Origin: Candidatus Poribacteria bacterium
Lineage (GTDB): Bacteria > Poribacteria > WGA-4E > PCPOR2b
Length of the DNA stretch: 64,000 nt
Assembly (NCBI GenBank): GCA_965218095.1
Contig: OZ244587.1
Span: forward strand, 4,960,001-5,024,000
Reading direction: 5' to 3'
Shown here: piece after piece, positions 40,803 to 50,059 of the stretch
How positions within the stretch are numbered: the stretch's first letter is position 1
How the letters are laid out: every line of letters begins with the position of its first letter
Notes under the pieces: generated by a model
Told to the model about the DNA's origin: nothing
What the model saw: the letters and a program-made list of their open reading frames with translations, nothing else
Databases searched by the model: none
Made by a program: the position numbers and the translations under genes

Positions 40803-41054
40803 GTGAAAAAAATGTGTGAGAAAGTCCAGAAAACCAAATATGGCAATAAACAACCTGTTTCAATTGCCATCAAGCCGGGAAGCTATGAAGAGTATCTGTG
40901 GAAGCATCCAGAAGAATTGAGACATATTCTATTAGAACATGGTGTAGATCCAGACGACGACAGTACATTAGGGGTTATTAATATTGGCAAGGGTAAGAAG
41001 GATTTCTCTCCAAAAGAGAATCCACGAAGCAAAGCGGTACATTCGGATTCTTGA
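40803..41054 (+). CDS. Small hypothetical protein (possible antitoxin partner)
   Basis: GAGGG RBS; overlaps the next ORF. Confidence 0.45.
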   Translation: MKKMCEKVQKTKYGNKQPVSIAIKPGSYEEYLWKHPEELRHILLEHGVDPDDDSTLGVINIGKGKKDFSPKENPRSKAVHSDS

Positions 41055-41560
41055 GGGAAGAATTTATCGATACTTGGATATTATCGATTGCGTCGATCGA
41101 ATCACTACACGAATTATTTCTCGTGACGGTACCGGCAGAATCTACATGCCGTCACAGAATATCTTTGAATGCCTGCATCCCTCGTCGCCGGCACAAGGGA
41201 TTGTTTTCCGTGACGGTTCTTTTCTGACGTTTAAGGAAATCTTTCGTTACAGCTATCCATCAGAAGATGCGCCTGAACCGATCATTGTCCGTAGCGAATA
41301 CAGCTTTCATTATCAGACGCCGGTGCGACATTTCTTCTTCCGCTATGACTTCCATCCCCAACTCGGCGATCCGTTGACTCATCTGCTCCATCATTTCATC
41401 TGCTCCATCATCTCAGCCGCTCCATCATCTCCATGCCGGTGGTTGGCTCGCGGAAACCGATTCTTTACCCTCCATTCCGCGTTTTCCCTCCGTTGAAATG
41501 ACACTCGGTGAGGTGTTAGATCTCATTCGCGTCAACTACTTTTTTCTGATCCCCGTTTGA
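40984..41560 (+). pseudogene. DUF6516/TumE-like gene frameshifted by a triplicated 17-bp unit
   Basis: YSFHYQ..FFRYDFHP; the natural C-terminus PLHHLHAGG..PRFP..MTLGEVLDLI lies in another frame after 41379-41429. Confidence 0.6.
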
Positions 41561-41576
41561 TTTGATATAACATCTC

Positions 41577-42254
41577 TCACATCGTCTCCGGCTGACGCTT
41601 GCGGATCAAACTCGGAATTAGCGAAACCAGAACGATGACAACGCCGGCGCCAGCGAGGTAGATCAACGTCTTTTTGATATCCCCTTCGCCGACGTTCACT
41701 GCGGCGCCCAATTGGACGTAGGCTGCGGTGCCGGGCAACATGCAGATCCATGAAACGAGAGCATAAGTAGGAAACCGGATATTCGTGAGTCCATAGGCGT
41801 AGTTCTGCAAATTAAACGGAAAAATCGGGATGAGCCGCGTGATCATCAACATCCGCCAACCCTGCTTCTCCACCCCCAAGTCGATCCGCCGGAATTGTCT
41901 ATTGCCCTCGACCCATCCTGCAACCATGCCACGAGCGACATAACGGGCAATGAGAAACGCGCATGAGACGCCGATGACCGATCCGATTGAAGCGTAGACG
42001 ACGCCCCAGATTGGGCCGAAGGCAAGACCAGAGAGTAGCGTGATCGGCAAACCTGGCAGAAAGAAAACGGTTGCGATAATATAAAAACCGATGTACACCA
42101 GAGGCGCAATCGCGCCGAAGCTATTGATCTTCTCTTTGATTTTGGGGATGTTGTCCCGAGTGAGATATTCGGTGATGCCGTAATGTTTCAGGACGCTATA
42201 CACAGCAACAATCACGACGATGGCGATAATGCTCTTCAAAAGATTCTTGTACAT
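41577..42254 (-). CDS. TVP38/TMEM64 (DedA/SNARE-associated) membrane protein
   Basis: FFLPGLPITLLSGLAFG, RLIPIFPFNLQNYAYGLT, MLPGT. Confidence 0.92.
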   Translation of the reverse strand: MYKNLLKSIIAIVVIVAVYSVLKHYGITEYLTRDNIPKIKEKINSFGAIAPLVYIGFYIIATVFFLPGLPITLLSGLAFGPIWGVVYASIGSVIGVSCAFLIARYVARGMVAGWVEGNRQFRRIDLGVEKQGWRMLMITRLIPIFPFNLQNYAYGLTNIRFPTYALVSWICMLPGTAAYVQLGAAVNVGEGDIKKTLIYLAGAGVVIVLVSLIPSLIRKRQPETM

Positions 42255-42615
42255 TGCGTTTGAATTCCTTTCTTGATCAATGATATTTCGCTTGGATAAG
42301 CTTATCTTGCGGCCTCCTCAGCCTGAAGGCATTCGCTACGTTGGTGGTGTGTGTTACACACCACCGATCAATTGCTAAACAGTCCTTCCCGAGATCTGTC
42401 GAGATCAAAATCTTCCCACTCCACTAAGAGAGATGTGTGGATCGCTGGAGTTGTTTCTCCAATTCGCCTGTAATCTTTTCCAATGTGATCGATTGGTTGA
42501 TAATCCGCATCATGCCGCCGCCGTTCTTCGGATCACGGATGGACGTCCTAGTGGCGATTTTAATTGCTCAAAAACGATTGAAGTTGTCGCCACAAAATGA
42601 ACAGAGCAGTCGTTA

Positions 42616-42663
42616 TTATATTGGATGTGTGAAAGTTGTTTATATTGGATGTGTGAAAGTTGT
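42616..42663. repeat. Exact 24-bp tandem duplication
   Basis: TTATATTGGATGTGTGAAAGTTGT x2. Confidence 0.9.
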
Positions 42664-42970
42664 TGTAGTATAATCTACGGAGATTCTGAAGTTCCGGTGT
42701 CCGTCCTGTGGTGAACAGATCACGGTATGGAGGGGAAACAAGCAGATGATCCTACAACTAGAAGCCCATCCGCAAGAGAGTGAGCATACAGGGAATGAGG
42801 GCTCGGAAGAAACCTCTGAACTCCGCATTGTAACCGCGCCGACGATTTAGAAATGATCTCAATCGCGGGAAGAGAACGTGCCGTGCTCGTTCGTCAAGAG
42901 ACAGCTAATAGAAGGAACAACTCCCACTTTGCGAGCATCCCCGATCGAAGATCGGGACATGTTCTATGCC

Positions 42971-43561
42971 TCATTCAAGTATACGGAACAAGAGATCAAA
43001 AACGGGGCGTTCATCGACGCGATGGGTGAATTTATCCTGATACTGAGTTATCTTTCCATGCTTATTTTGGAGCTTGAGGCGGATCTTAATCTCGATGCTC
43101 GGAATCAACTCATCAAGCGCGAAGACTTCATAGAAGTCCTGACGTTCTTCGGGTTTCAATGTTACCGGAAGATTGTTGCGGAGCAAGCTCGGAAAGATCA
43201 CCGCTTGAGGCGCAGTGTATAACTCCGTATCCCGCCACTTGCGCCCGATCTTCACCTGGAGCTGGCACGTCTGAATCGGGGCGGGCGCCTGATCACTATC
43301 GTTATAGATTCGGCACGAAACGAGGAACAGCAGATACCCGCCGTGAGTAATAAAACAATTCGTCTGTCCTGCCAATAACTCGACCCTCAGACGATCTCCT
43401 CGCCATTTATGACCGTGGCCTCTTCTGCCTGTCCGATCTGCTCGGAGGTCGTAAATCCACTTAGAAATCGAGAGCAAGAGGGCGATAATACTGATAATGA
43501 GGGCAGTTGTCGCGCGATCCATTTGTGAATCGGTGTTAGATTTAGGTTTGGGTAATACCAA
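42971..43561 (-). CDS. Hypothetical membrane-anchored protein
   Basis: N-terminal TM helix followed by a beta-rich domain; start uncertain. Confidence 0.55.
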   Translation of the reverse strand: MVLPKPKSNTDSQMDRATTALIISIIALLLSISKWIYDLRADRTGRRGHGHKWRGDRLRVELLAGQTNCFITHGGYLLFLVSCRIYNDSDQAPAPIQTCQLQVKIGRKWRDTELYTAPQAVIFPSLLRNNLPVTLKPEERQDFYEVFALDELIPSIEIKIRLKLQNKHGKITQYQDKFTHRVDERPVFDLLFRILE

Positions 43562-43794
43562 TTTTCGATCGATCCGCTACTAAAAACCTAGCGAAGGTTT
43601 CAAACTTTCGCCAGGATTAGATCCGTTAGTAATCTTTGGGTGTGGAATTGGTGTAAGCTGTTGAAAAGAGTATAGCACAAGCGCAGATTTTTTGCAATTC
43701 AAGAATTTCCAAAAAACACTTGCGGAATGCTTTCAAATAAACTACAATCTAAAAAATAAGCATCCAGACTCTAAGATAGGAGGTTGAAACAGCG

Positions 43795-44394
43795 ATGGCA
43801 CATCAAGTTTTCGTTGACATCGACACCCAAATTGATTTCATCAACAGCAATGGGGCGCTTTCGGTGCCCGGTGCTGAACAGATTCGAGGGAATCTGCAAG
43901 CATTAACGAACTACGCCTTTGAAAACGGGATCAAGATAATTGCCTCGGCGGATGCCCACCCAGCGGACGATAAAGAATTTGAGATCTTCCCACCGCACTG
44001 TGTCCAAGATACGCCTGGGCAGAAAAAGATTGAGGAAACAAGCATTGCAAACACTTATGTTGTCAAAAACGCCCCGACCGAAACGTCGCCACACGACTTG
44101 CTTGATAAGACCGATCAGGTTTTGCTGGAAAAACAGACTTACGATGTTTTCACCAACCCGAATGCGATAGCGTTAGTCAAGGCGGCGGACGCAGATGAAC
44201 ATATCGTCTACGGCGTGGCGACGGATTACTGTGTGAAAGCCGCTGCGCTTGGGTTGCTTGAGCGGGTCCGCAGGGTAATCGTGGTGGAGGACGCGATTGC
44301 GGCGGTGACAGAGGAAACGGGCAAAGAAGCCCTTGCACTGATGAAGAAAAAAGGGGCAATTTTCAAGAAGACCCACGAGATTATTGGGGGGTAA
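43795..44394 (+). CDS. pncA: Nicotinamidase/isochorismatase family cysteine hydrolase
   Basis: VDIDTQIDF, DAH..D.EF..FPPHCV, GVATDYCV; AGGAGG RBS. Confidence 0.8.
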   Translation: MAHQVFVDIDTQIDFINSNGALSVPGAEQIRGNLQALTNYAFENGIKIIASADAHPADDKEFEIFPPHCVQDTPGQKKIEETSIANTYVVKNAPTETSPHDLLDKTDQVLLEKQTYDVFTNPNAIALVKAADADEHIVYGVATDYCVKAAALGLLERVRRVIVVEDAIAAVTEETGKEALALMKKKGAIFKKTHEIIGG

Positions 44395-44425
44395 TTCAAA
44401 ATCATCCTCAATTTGGAAAAATTCT

Positions 44426-45376
44426 ATGACTTCTCCGAAAAAGACAGGTTTTGTATACCACGACGATTATCTCAAGCACGATACGGGACAGGCACACCCT
44501 GAACGTCCACAACGACTGAAGGCGAGCATTGAAGCACTTCAAACCTCAGATTTTTGGGCAACTCTGTATCAGATCGAGCCGAGGCCTGCGACAGTCGACC
44601 AGATCTACTATGTACACACTAGAGCGTATGTCGATCAGGTCAAGCGGCACTGTGAACAGGGCATCCCTCTCGATTACGATACGCCGGTTTCACCCGCATC
44701 ATTCGACGTTGCCTTGCTCTCCACCGGTGGCGTGTTGAGCGTGGTAGATGCTGTCATGGCGGGCACGGTGAGCAATGCCTTCGCACTTGTCCGCCCACCC
44801 GGACATCATGCACATCCCAATCGATCGATGGGCTTCTGTTTATTCAACAACATTGCTATCACAGCGCGATACCTGCAGCGTGAACATGGTATCGGTAGAG
44901 TCGCAATCGTTGATTGGGATGTGCATCACGGCAACGGAACACAAGATATTTTTTACGATGACCCGTCCGTCTTCTTTTTCTCGATCCATCAGGGCCCCCT
45001 CTATCCTGGCACCGGCATGGCTAACGAGGTGGGCGTTGGGGAAGCAGTTGGCACAACCTTGAATGCCCCAATGCGTCTAGCCAGCGATGCCAGCGACTAT
45101 ATCAAAATCTTTCAAAAGAGGCTCAAGCCGGTGCTGCTCGATTTTTCGCCAGATTTTCTGCTGATCTCAGCCGGGTTTGACGCACATCGTTTGGATCCCC
45201 TAGCGTCAATCAACATGACAGCGGAGGGCTTTGCTAGGCTGACCGACATTGTCGCTGAAATTGCGGCGGAAACTTGTGAGAGGCGCCTGGTCTCGGCATT
45301 GGAAGGTGGATATAACCTCAAAGGGGTATCTGAATCGGTCATCGCTCATGTTGAACGGCTGCTGAGGCACTCGTGA
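44426..45376 (+). CDS. Histone deacetylase family (AcuC/AphA-like) amidohydrolase
   Basis: HPERPQRL, RPPGHHA, GFCLFNN, DWDVHHGNGTQ, SAGFDAH..DPL, LEGGY. Confidence 0.95.
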   Translation: MTSPKKTGFVYHDDYLKHDTGQAHPERPQRLKASIEALQTSDFWATLYQIEPRPATVDQIYYVHTRAYVDQVKRHCEQGIPLDYDTPVSPASFDVALLSTGGVLSVVDAVMAGTVSNAFALVRPPGHHAHPNRSMGFCLFNNIAITARYLQREHGIGRVAIVDWDVHHGNGTQDIFYDDPSVFFFSIHQGPLYPGTGMANEVGVGEAVGTTLNAPMRLASDASDYIKIFQKRLKPVLLDFSPDFLLISAGFDAHRLDPLASINMTAEGFARLTDIVAEIAAETCERRLVSALEGGYNLKGVSESVIAHVERLLRHS

Positions 45377-45495
45377 TTGGGGTTATCGGATTTTTGAATA
45401 TGGCGCCGTCACGCTCCGGCTTATCTGACTATCCCCCTGCGTCTTCTCCACACGCGGCCCCCCCTAATCATTTTGTCTAATTCGGAAAACTAAAG

Positions 45496-46191
45496 ATGGG
45501 AAATAATATCATTATCGATGCCGATCCTGTGCAGGCAGAGCTTATGGAAGAGTGCTGTATAGTCGTGAATGACGATGATGAATTTCTGAGAGCGGAGACA
45601 AAGTTAAACTGCCACCTAAACACCAGGGTAGAAGGTGAGGGATTGCTTCACCGTGCATTTAGTGTCTTTCTGTTTAATACTCAAGGTGAGCTTCTGCTAC
45701 AACAGCGCTCTGGTGACAAGATTACTTTTCCATTACATTGGGCCAATACATGTTGCAGTCACCCCCTGGCCATCGCGGCAGAGATGGAGACAAAGGATAA
45801 CATGGGTGTGAAACGCGCTGCTGTGCGAAAGATGGAACAAGAGCTGGGCATTCCTTCGGAGGAGGTCCCCATATCTTCGTTGCATTTTATGACACGAGTG
45901 CATTACAAGGCGTTCTCTGACGATATATGGGGAGAACATGAAATCGACCATATTCTGCTCATCCAGTCCGATGTCACGTTGCATCCGAATTCAAACGAAG
46001 TGGCAAATATCCGCTTTTTATCAAGGGAAGATGTGCGGAAATTTGTCAAAAATGCGGACAAGAATGGCGATCTCATTTCACCCTGGTTTCGACTTATTGA
46101 GAATATACTATTGTACGATTGGTGGGGGTCGTTAAAGAACATCGCAGCAAAGAAAGATGTGACCCATATCCATCGACTGGGGACAGTGTGA
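45496..46191 (+). CDS. idi: Type 1 isopentenyl-diphosphate delta-isomerase (eukaryote-like)
   Basis: LLHRAFSVFLFN..LLLQQRS..KITFP..W.NTCCSHPL, ELGI, WGEHEID, PWF. Confidence 0.93.
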   Translation: MGNNIIIDADPVQAELMEECCIVVNDDDEFLRAETKLNCHLNTRVEGEGLLHRAFSVFLFNTQGELLLQQRSGDKITFPLHWANTCCSHPLAIAAEMETKDNMGVKRAAVRKMEQELGIPSEEVPISSLHFMTRVHYKAFSDDIWGEHEIDHILLIQSDVTLHPNSNEVANIRFLSREDVRKFVKNADKNGDLISPWFRLIENILLYDWWGSLKNIAAKKDVTHIHRLGTV

Positions 46192-46281
46192 AGAGTATCT
46201 ATTCTTAGGAGGGGAGACTCGCAGTGGTCGACGACGTGCTCGCGGCCCTCTCCTGAACAGGATCAACAGCGATGACTTGAT

Positions 46282-46319
46282 AAGAGCCCCGCGGGTATCG
46301 GCGCCTGCGGGGCTCTTTT
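46282..46319. terminator. Terminator hairpin between convergent genes
   Basis: AAGAGCCCCGCGGG...CCTGCGGGGCTCTTTT. Confidence 0.8.
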
Positions 46320-46323
46320 GCGG

Positions 46324-47220
46324 TCACTCCAACCGGTCGGCGTGCTGCTCGTAAAGGTCCATGTAGTCCGGCCGCACCGGCCAGAATACATCCAGCACGT
46401 CAGCCCCATGCGGGCTGAGCCGGGCGGCATGGGCCATGCCGCCCGGTTGCAGGATAACGTGCCGCTGGTCGCCGCACATCGGGAGCCACTCGTCAATCAC
46501 GCCCTCCTCCATAGCTCCCCCGAGGATCATCATGAGTTGATCCTCGGGGTGGATGTGCATGGGGAAGGAGGAGTTGGGGTCCATCTGCACGAAGCTGAGC
46601 ATGAAGTTCCTGCCCCAGATGAGGCGGGTGCGGGCCGTGGTGGGCTCAGAGGGGCTCTTGCCCGGCATGATGATCGGGGTCACTTGGATCTCATTGAAGT
46701 TGTAGACCTTGCCTGGCTCGTGGGAAGACCGCTCAATCTCCTGGTCAGGAAAGGATACGTCCGCGTCTTCCGGGAGGGGCGTGCCGGTCAGCCGCAGGTG
46801 GTCGGCACGCACCGGCGAAAACACCTCCAGCGCCTTCAGGCCGTCCGGCCCGGCCCGAAGGGCGCGATGCATGCCCTCAGTCAGGTAGATCACCGCGTCC
46901 GGGCCCAGCTCAAGGGTTTTGCCATCCAACTCGCAGGTAGTCGATCCTTCTTCCACCATGGTGATGAGCTCGCCGGTCATAGTCTGCGCAGGGTATTGGG
47001 CGTCGGGCTCCATCTCCAGCACTTCCAGCAGCGTGCCCTTGGCCCACGAAATCGTGGCTCCCACCCCCGGGGCGATGCCGATCGCGGGCAGCTCTTCGGG
47101 GGTGTAGACTTTGCCGGGTTCCATGCCCAAGACCACGCCTGTGTCCGGCACGGCGCGGTCGCGTCCCTTGAGTTCGAGTTTTTTGACCCACTCGGCGTTG
47201 CGCACTTCCCATGCTTCCAT
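46324..47220 (-). CDS. Double cupin domain protein
   Basis: Two cupin halves ending EVFSPVRAD and DVFWPVRPD; HIHPEDQ; GGAGG RBS. Confidence 0.85.
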   Translation of the reverse strand: MEAWEVRNAEWVKKLELKGRDRAVPDTGVVLGMEPGKVYTPEELPAIGIAPGVGATISWAKGTLLEVLEMEPDAQYPAQTMTGELITMVEEGSTTCELDGKTLELGPDAVIYLTEGMHRALRAGPDGLKALEVFSPVRADHLRLTGTPLPEDADVSFPDQEIERSSHEPGKVYNFNEIQVTPIIMPGKSPSEPTTARTRLIWGRNFMLSFVQMDPNSSFPMHIHPEDQLMMILGGAMEEGVIDEWLPMCGDQRHVILQPGGMAHAARLSPHGADVLDVFWPVRPDYMDLYEQHADRLE

Positions 47221-47256
47221 CCTGTTTTTCCTCCTTTGGCTTACCCGAATGAGTCG

Positions 47257-47587
47257 GGTAGTGGCCCAAAAATGTTAATTTGCTAAACCACCACACCAAA
47301 TTCCTCTCGATTGACAAACAATCCGATGAAGGTATAATGCATCACAACAGACTTTGAAAAACAGAGACTCTTGCGTGCTAACCGCTTGATGTGCGTGCGA
47401 AGCGTTAAGTATTTTCTCTCGATCTGCTGAATCTGTTTCTTGACTTTTGGTAGTCGTCTTTTGTGAGCATTTTCCAGTACAAATGTGCGACGATTACACT
47501 TGGGATCAGGTTGGGCATGGAATCGGTTTTAAAACCATGATCTTCCCTCTCTTGAAAGTTTCGTTGCTGTCAGCAGCATACGATACC
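47257..47587 (-). mobile_element. Internally deleted IS1-family remnant
   Basis: Minus strand encodes an InsA-like start (MVLKPIPCP) and an InsB C-terminus QQIERKYLTLRTHIKRLARKSLCFSKS..H..IGLFVNR; IS1-like end GGTAGTGGCCCAAA; other end uncertain. Confidence 0.75.
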
Positions 47588-47756
47588 ATAATTTTTTGAT
47601 GAAATCAACAGATTTTTTGTTGACAGAAAACTTCGGAAATGTTATAAGATAGCTCAACTCTTATCGGACCATTTTTTCGCCAAGTGAGACTCAAAAACTG
47701 ACGGCAGAATCGAGATAAGAAGAGACGCAAAACGTACCAAAGATGCGGAAGCACTC

Positions 47757-48671
47757 ATGTCGAAAGAGAAAAACGCTCAGTCGAAAACGAAGAAGGCGCA
47801 AAAAACGAAGGTCCAAAAAAAGCAACCGCTTGAGAATGTGACCGCGGCTAACGCCGGAAAAGACCCACTGGCGACAGAATCCGCCAACAAACCGAAGAAA
47901 TTGAAAAACAAAGTCTATGAGGCAGCGATGGCCAAGCTCCAGATCGAGTTGGTCAAATTGCAGGAATGGATCAAATACAAGGGATTGAAAGTGGTGGTGA
48001 TCTTTGAGGGGCGCGACGCCGCCGGCAAAGGCGGTACCATCAAACGGATTACCCAAAGCCTCAATCCCCGCATCTGCCGGATTGTGGCGCTGGGGACGCC
48101 CACCGAGCGGGAGAAGACGCAATGGTATTTCCAACGCTACGTCCCGCATCTGCCGGCGGCGGGGGAGATGGTTCTTTTTGACCGGAGTTGGTACAATCGT
48201 GTCTTGGTCGAACGGGTGATGGGCTTTTGCACCGAAGAGGAGTACCAGGAATTTTTACGTTCCTGTCCCGAATTTGAACGGATGCTGGTCCGGTCGAAGA
48301 TTCTACTGATCAAATATTGGCTATCTTTGAGTGACACAGAACAGGAGCACCGCTTCCAAAGCCGTATCCATGATCCCACCCGCCGCTGGAAACTCAGCCC
48401 GATGGATCTTGAGGCGCGGGTCCGGTGGATGGAGTATTCCAAGGCCAAGGATGCAATGTTTGCCCATACAGATATTAAACAAGCGCCCTGGTACGTGGTC
48501 GACGCCGACAGCAAGAGGCGGGCCCGCCTGAATTGTATTAGCCATCTGTTGAGCATAATCCCTTACGAGGATTTAACCCCTGAACCGATCGAATTACCGC
48601 CACGACAAGCGGACGTGGGTTATGTTCGTCCCCCTATAGCAGATCAGACCTTCGTGCCGGAAGTGTACTAG
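47757..48671 (+). CDS. ppk2: Polyphosphate kinase 2
   Basis: FEGRDAAGKGG, WYFQRY, FDRSWYNR, WKLSPMD. Confidence 0.95.
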   Translation: MSKEKNAQSKTKKAQKTKVQKKQPLENVTAANAGKDPLATESANKPKKLKNKVYEAAMAKLQIELVKLQEWIKYKGLKVVVIFEGRDAAGKGGTIKRITQSLNPRICRIVALGTPTEREKTQWYFQRYVPHLPAAGEMVLFDRSWYNRVLVERVMGFCTEEEYQEFLRSCPEFERMLVRSKILLIKYWLSLSDTEQEHRFQSRIHDPTRRWKLSPMDLEARVRWMEYSKAKDAMFAHTDIKQAPWYVVDADSKRRARLNCISHLLSIIPYEDLTPEPIELPPRQADVGYVRPPIADQTFVPEVY

Positions 48672-48855
48672 GGGCGGTTGACGAACTCCACGGAAGGCTG
48701 TCGTGGTCGGTATTGGAGTGGAGAGAAGGTGGCCATCCCCGGGCGAGACTACTTGAAAACTGAAGCGAATCAAAATCATAAAACACGTTTTTGTTCATTT
48801 ACCCAACCAATAACTACTCATTTTCTGCCTCATTCATTTTACAAGTGTCTCATTT

Positions 48856-49926
48856 TCACAAGTTAGTTTGCGGTGCTTCTCGGATAAATACGCCGGTTCG
48901 TGCAGCGACTTCGATCGCTTTGCGTGCGTCTATCACCCTGGGGCCATTGACATTCAGCCGTAATCGGACGGGTGCACCTGGGCGGAGTTCAACTTCCCGC
49001 TCGCCGTCAAGGGCAAGCACACAGGGTTGTTGATGGCTGACAATGACCTCGTCGCCCGGCGCCAGTGGCCAATATTCAGCCAAGCTTACCTCACGGATTA
49101 GGCCAGGGGCAATAGGCGCCAGCACCGTCTGCCCGCCAGGTCCCAGGCGGAGATACAGGCCCTGCTCGGGGGAGTCAACCCTGTCCGGAACATGGGCGCC
49201 TATCGATGACAGTCCGATATTACCGGGTTCGGCGCGGGTCAAAATGACTTCTTTAATCTTGGACACATCCCAGATGGCCCGAGAGGCGATGAACTGCTCG
49301 TCATAGACGGCAACATCTACCAGAGCGATGTCGTCCGGCGCGTCGGTCTGGTAGGGTGGCCGCTGCCCACCAAGGTCGTGGTGGGTGGCGCCTACCCTAC
49401 CGCTCTGAGCGGTCTTCCTGCAAAAGACGTCCAGGCGCGGCGCGCGCCACACGGCCTCGTCTGCCAGTCCGTGCGCTGCCAGGCCAGCGGCCACCCCGGC
49501 AATGGTGCCTTCGATCATCGAGGGGAAAACGTTGTTGGTGCCGGTGGAGATCGGCATGAGGGGCACATCGCCGCTTGCCTTCGCCACAGCGCGGTTGGTG
49601 CCATCACCACCCAGCGTGACTATGCAGCCGATGTGTTCTTGGGCCATGAGCGTCGCAGCGCGCGTTGAGTCCTCCTGGGTGAACTTTATCGGCATGGGAA
49701 GGATCGAAACATTGAGACCGAACTGTAGCCCGTCAAGCGCCTTCTGGCCGATGCTGAACGAGTCGGGCATGATCCAAACATGCTCGACGCCCACGGCCTC
49801 CAGTCCCAGCAACACGCGACGGACGATGTTGACCTTTTCGTCGTTGTCAAACACCGTGCCATGGGCCACCAGTCGACGGATATCTCTGCCTGATGCTGGG
49901 TTCGCGATGATGCCAATAGTGTTCAT
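48856..49926 (-). CDS. ATP-NAD/AcoX kinase family protein
   Basis: GIIANPASGRDIRRLVAHG, TLGGDGT.R, STGTNNVFP, LALDGERE. Confidence 0.85.
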   Translation of the reverse strand: MNTIGIIANPASGRDIRRLVAHGTVFDNDEKVNIVRRVLLGLEAVGVEHVWIMPDSFSIGQKALDGLQFGLNVSILPMPIKFTQEDSTRAATLMAQEHIGCIVTLGGDGTNRAVAKASGDVPLMPISTGTNNVFPSMIEGTIAGVAAGLAAHGLADEAVWRAPRLDVFCRKTAQSGRVGATHHDLGGQRPPYQTDAPDDIALVDVAVYDEQFIASRAIWDVSKIKEVILTRAEPGNIGLSSIGAHVPDRVDSPEQGLYLRLGPGGQTVLAPIAPGLIREVSLAEYWPLAPGDEVIVSHQQPCVLALDGEREVELRPGAPVRLRLNVNGPRVIDARKAIEVAARTGVFIREAPQTNL

Positions 49927-50059
49927 GTTGCAACCCTTCTTGATCTGATCTCACTTTCGGATAGGATTATAGCACGCCTGCAAAAAAAGAAATCCGATGC
50001 CCTGCCTTCACCCTTCCCACGTCCGGGGCCTTTTTTTCGCCTCGACACCTTGTCTTCAG

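Noticed and set aside
42425-42850. Small ORFs: an in-frame TGA (possible selenoprotein) on the minus strand and CxxC fragments on the plus strand
   Set aside because: No recognisable selenoprotein context or SECIS; the fragments are too short to call
46318-47286. 322-aa + strand ORF
   Set aside because: Shadow of the GC-rich cupin gene, which has the motifs and the RBS
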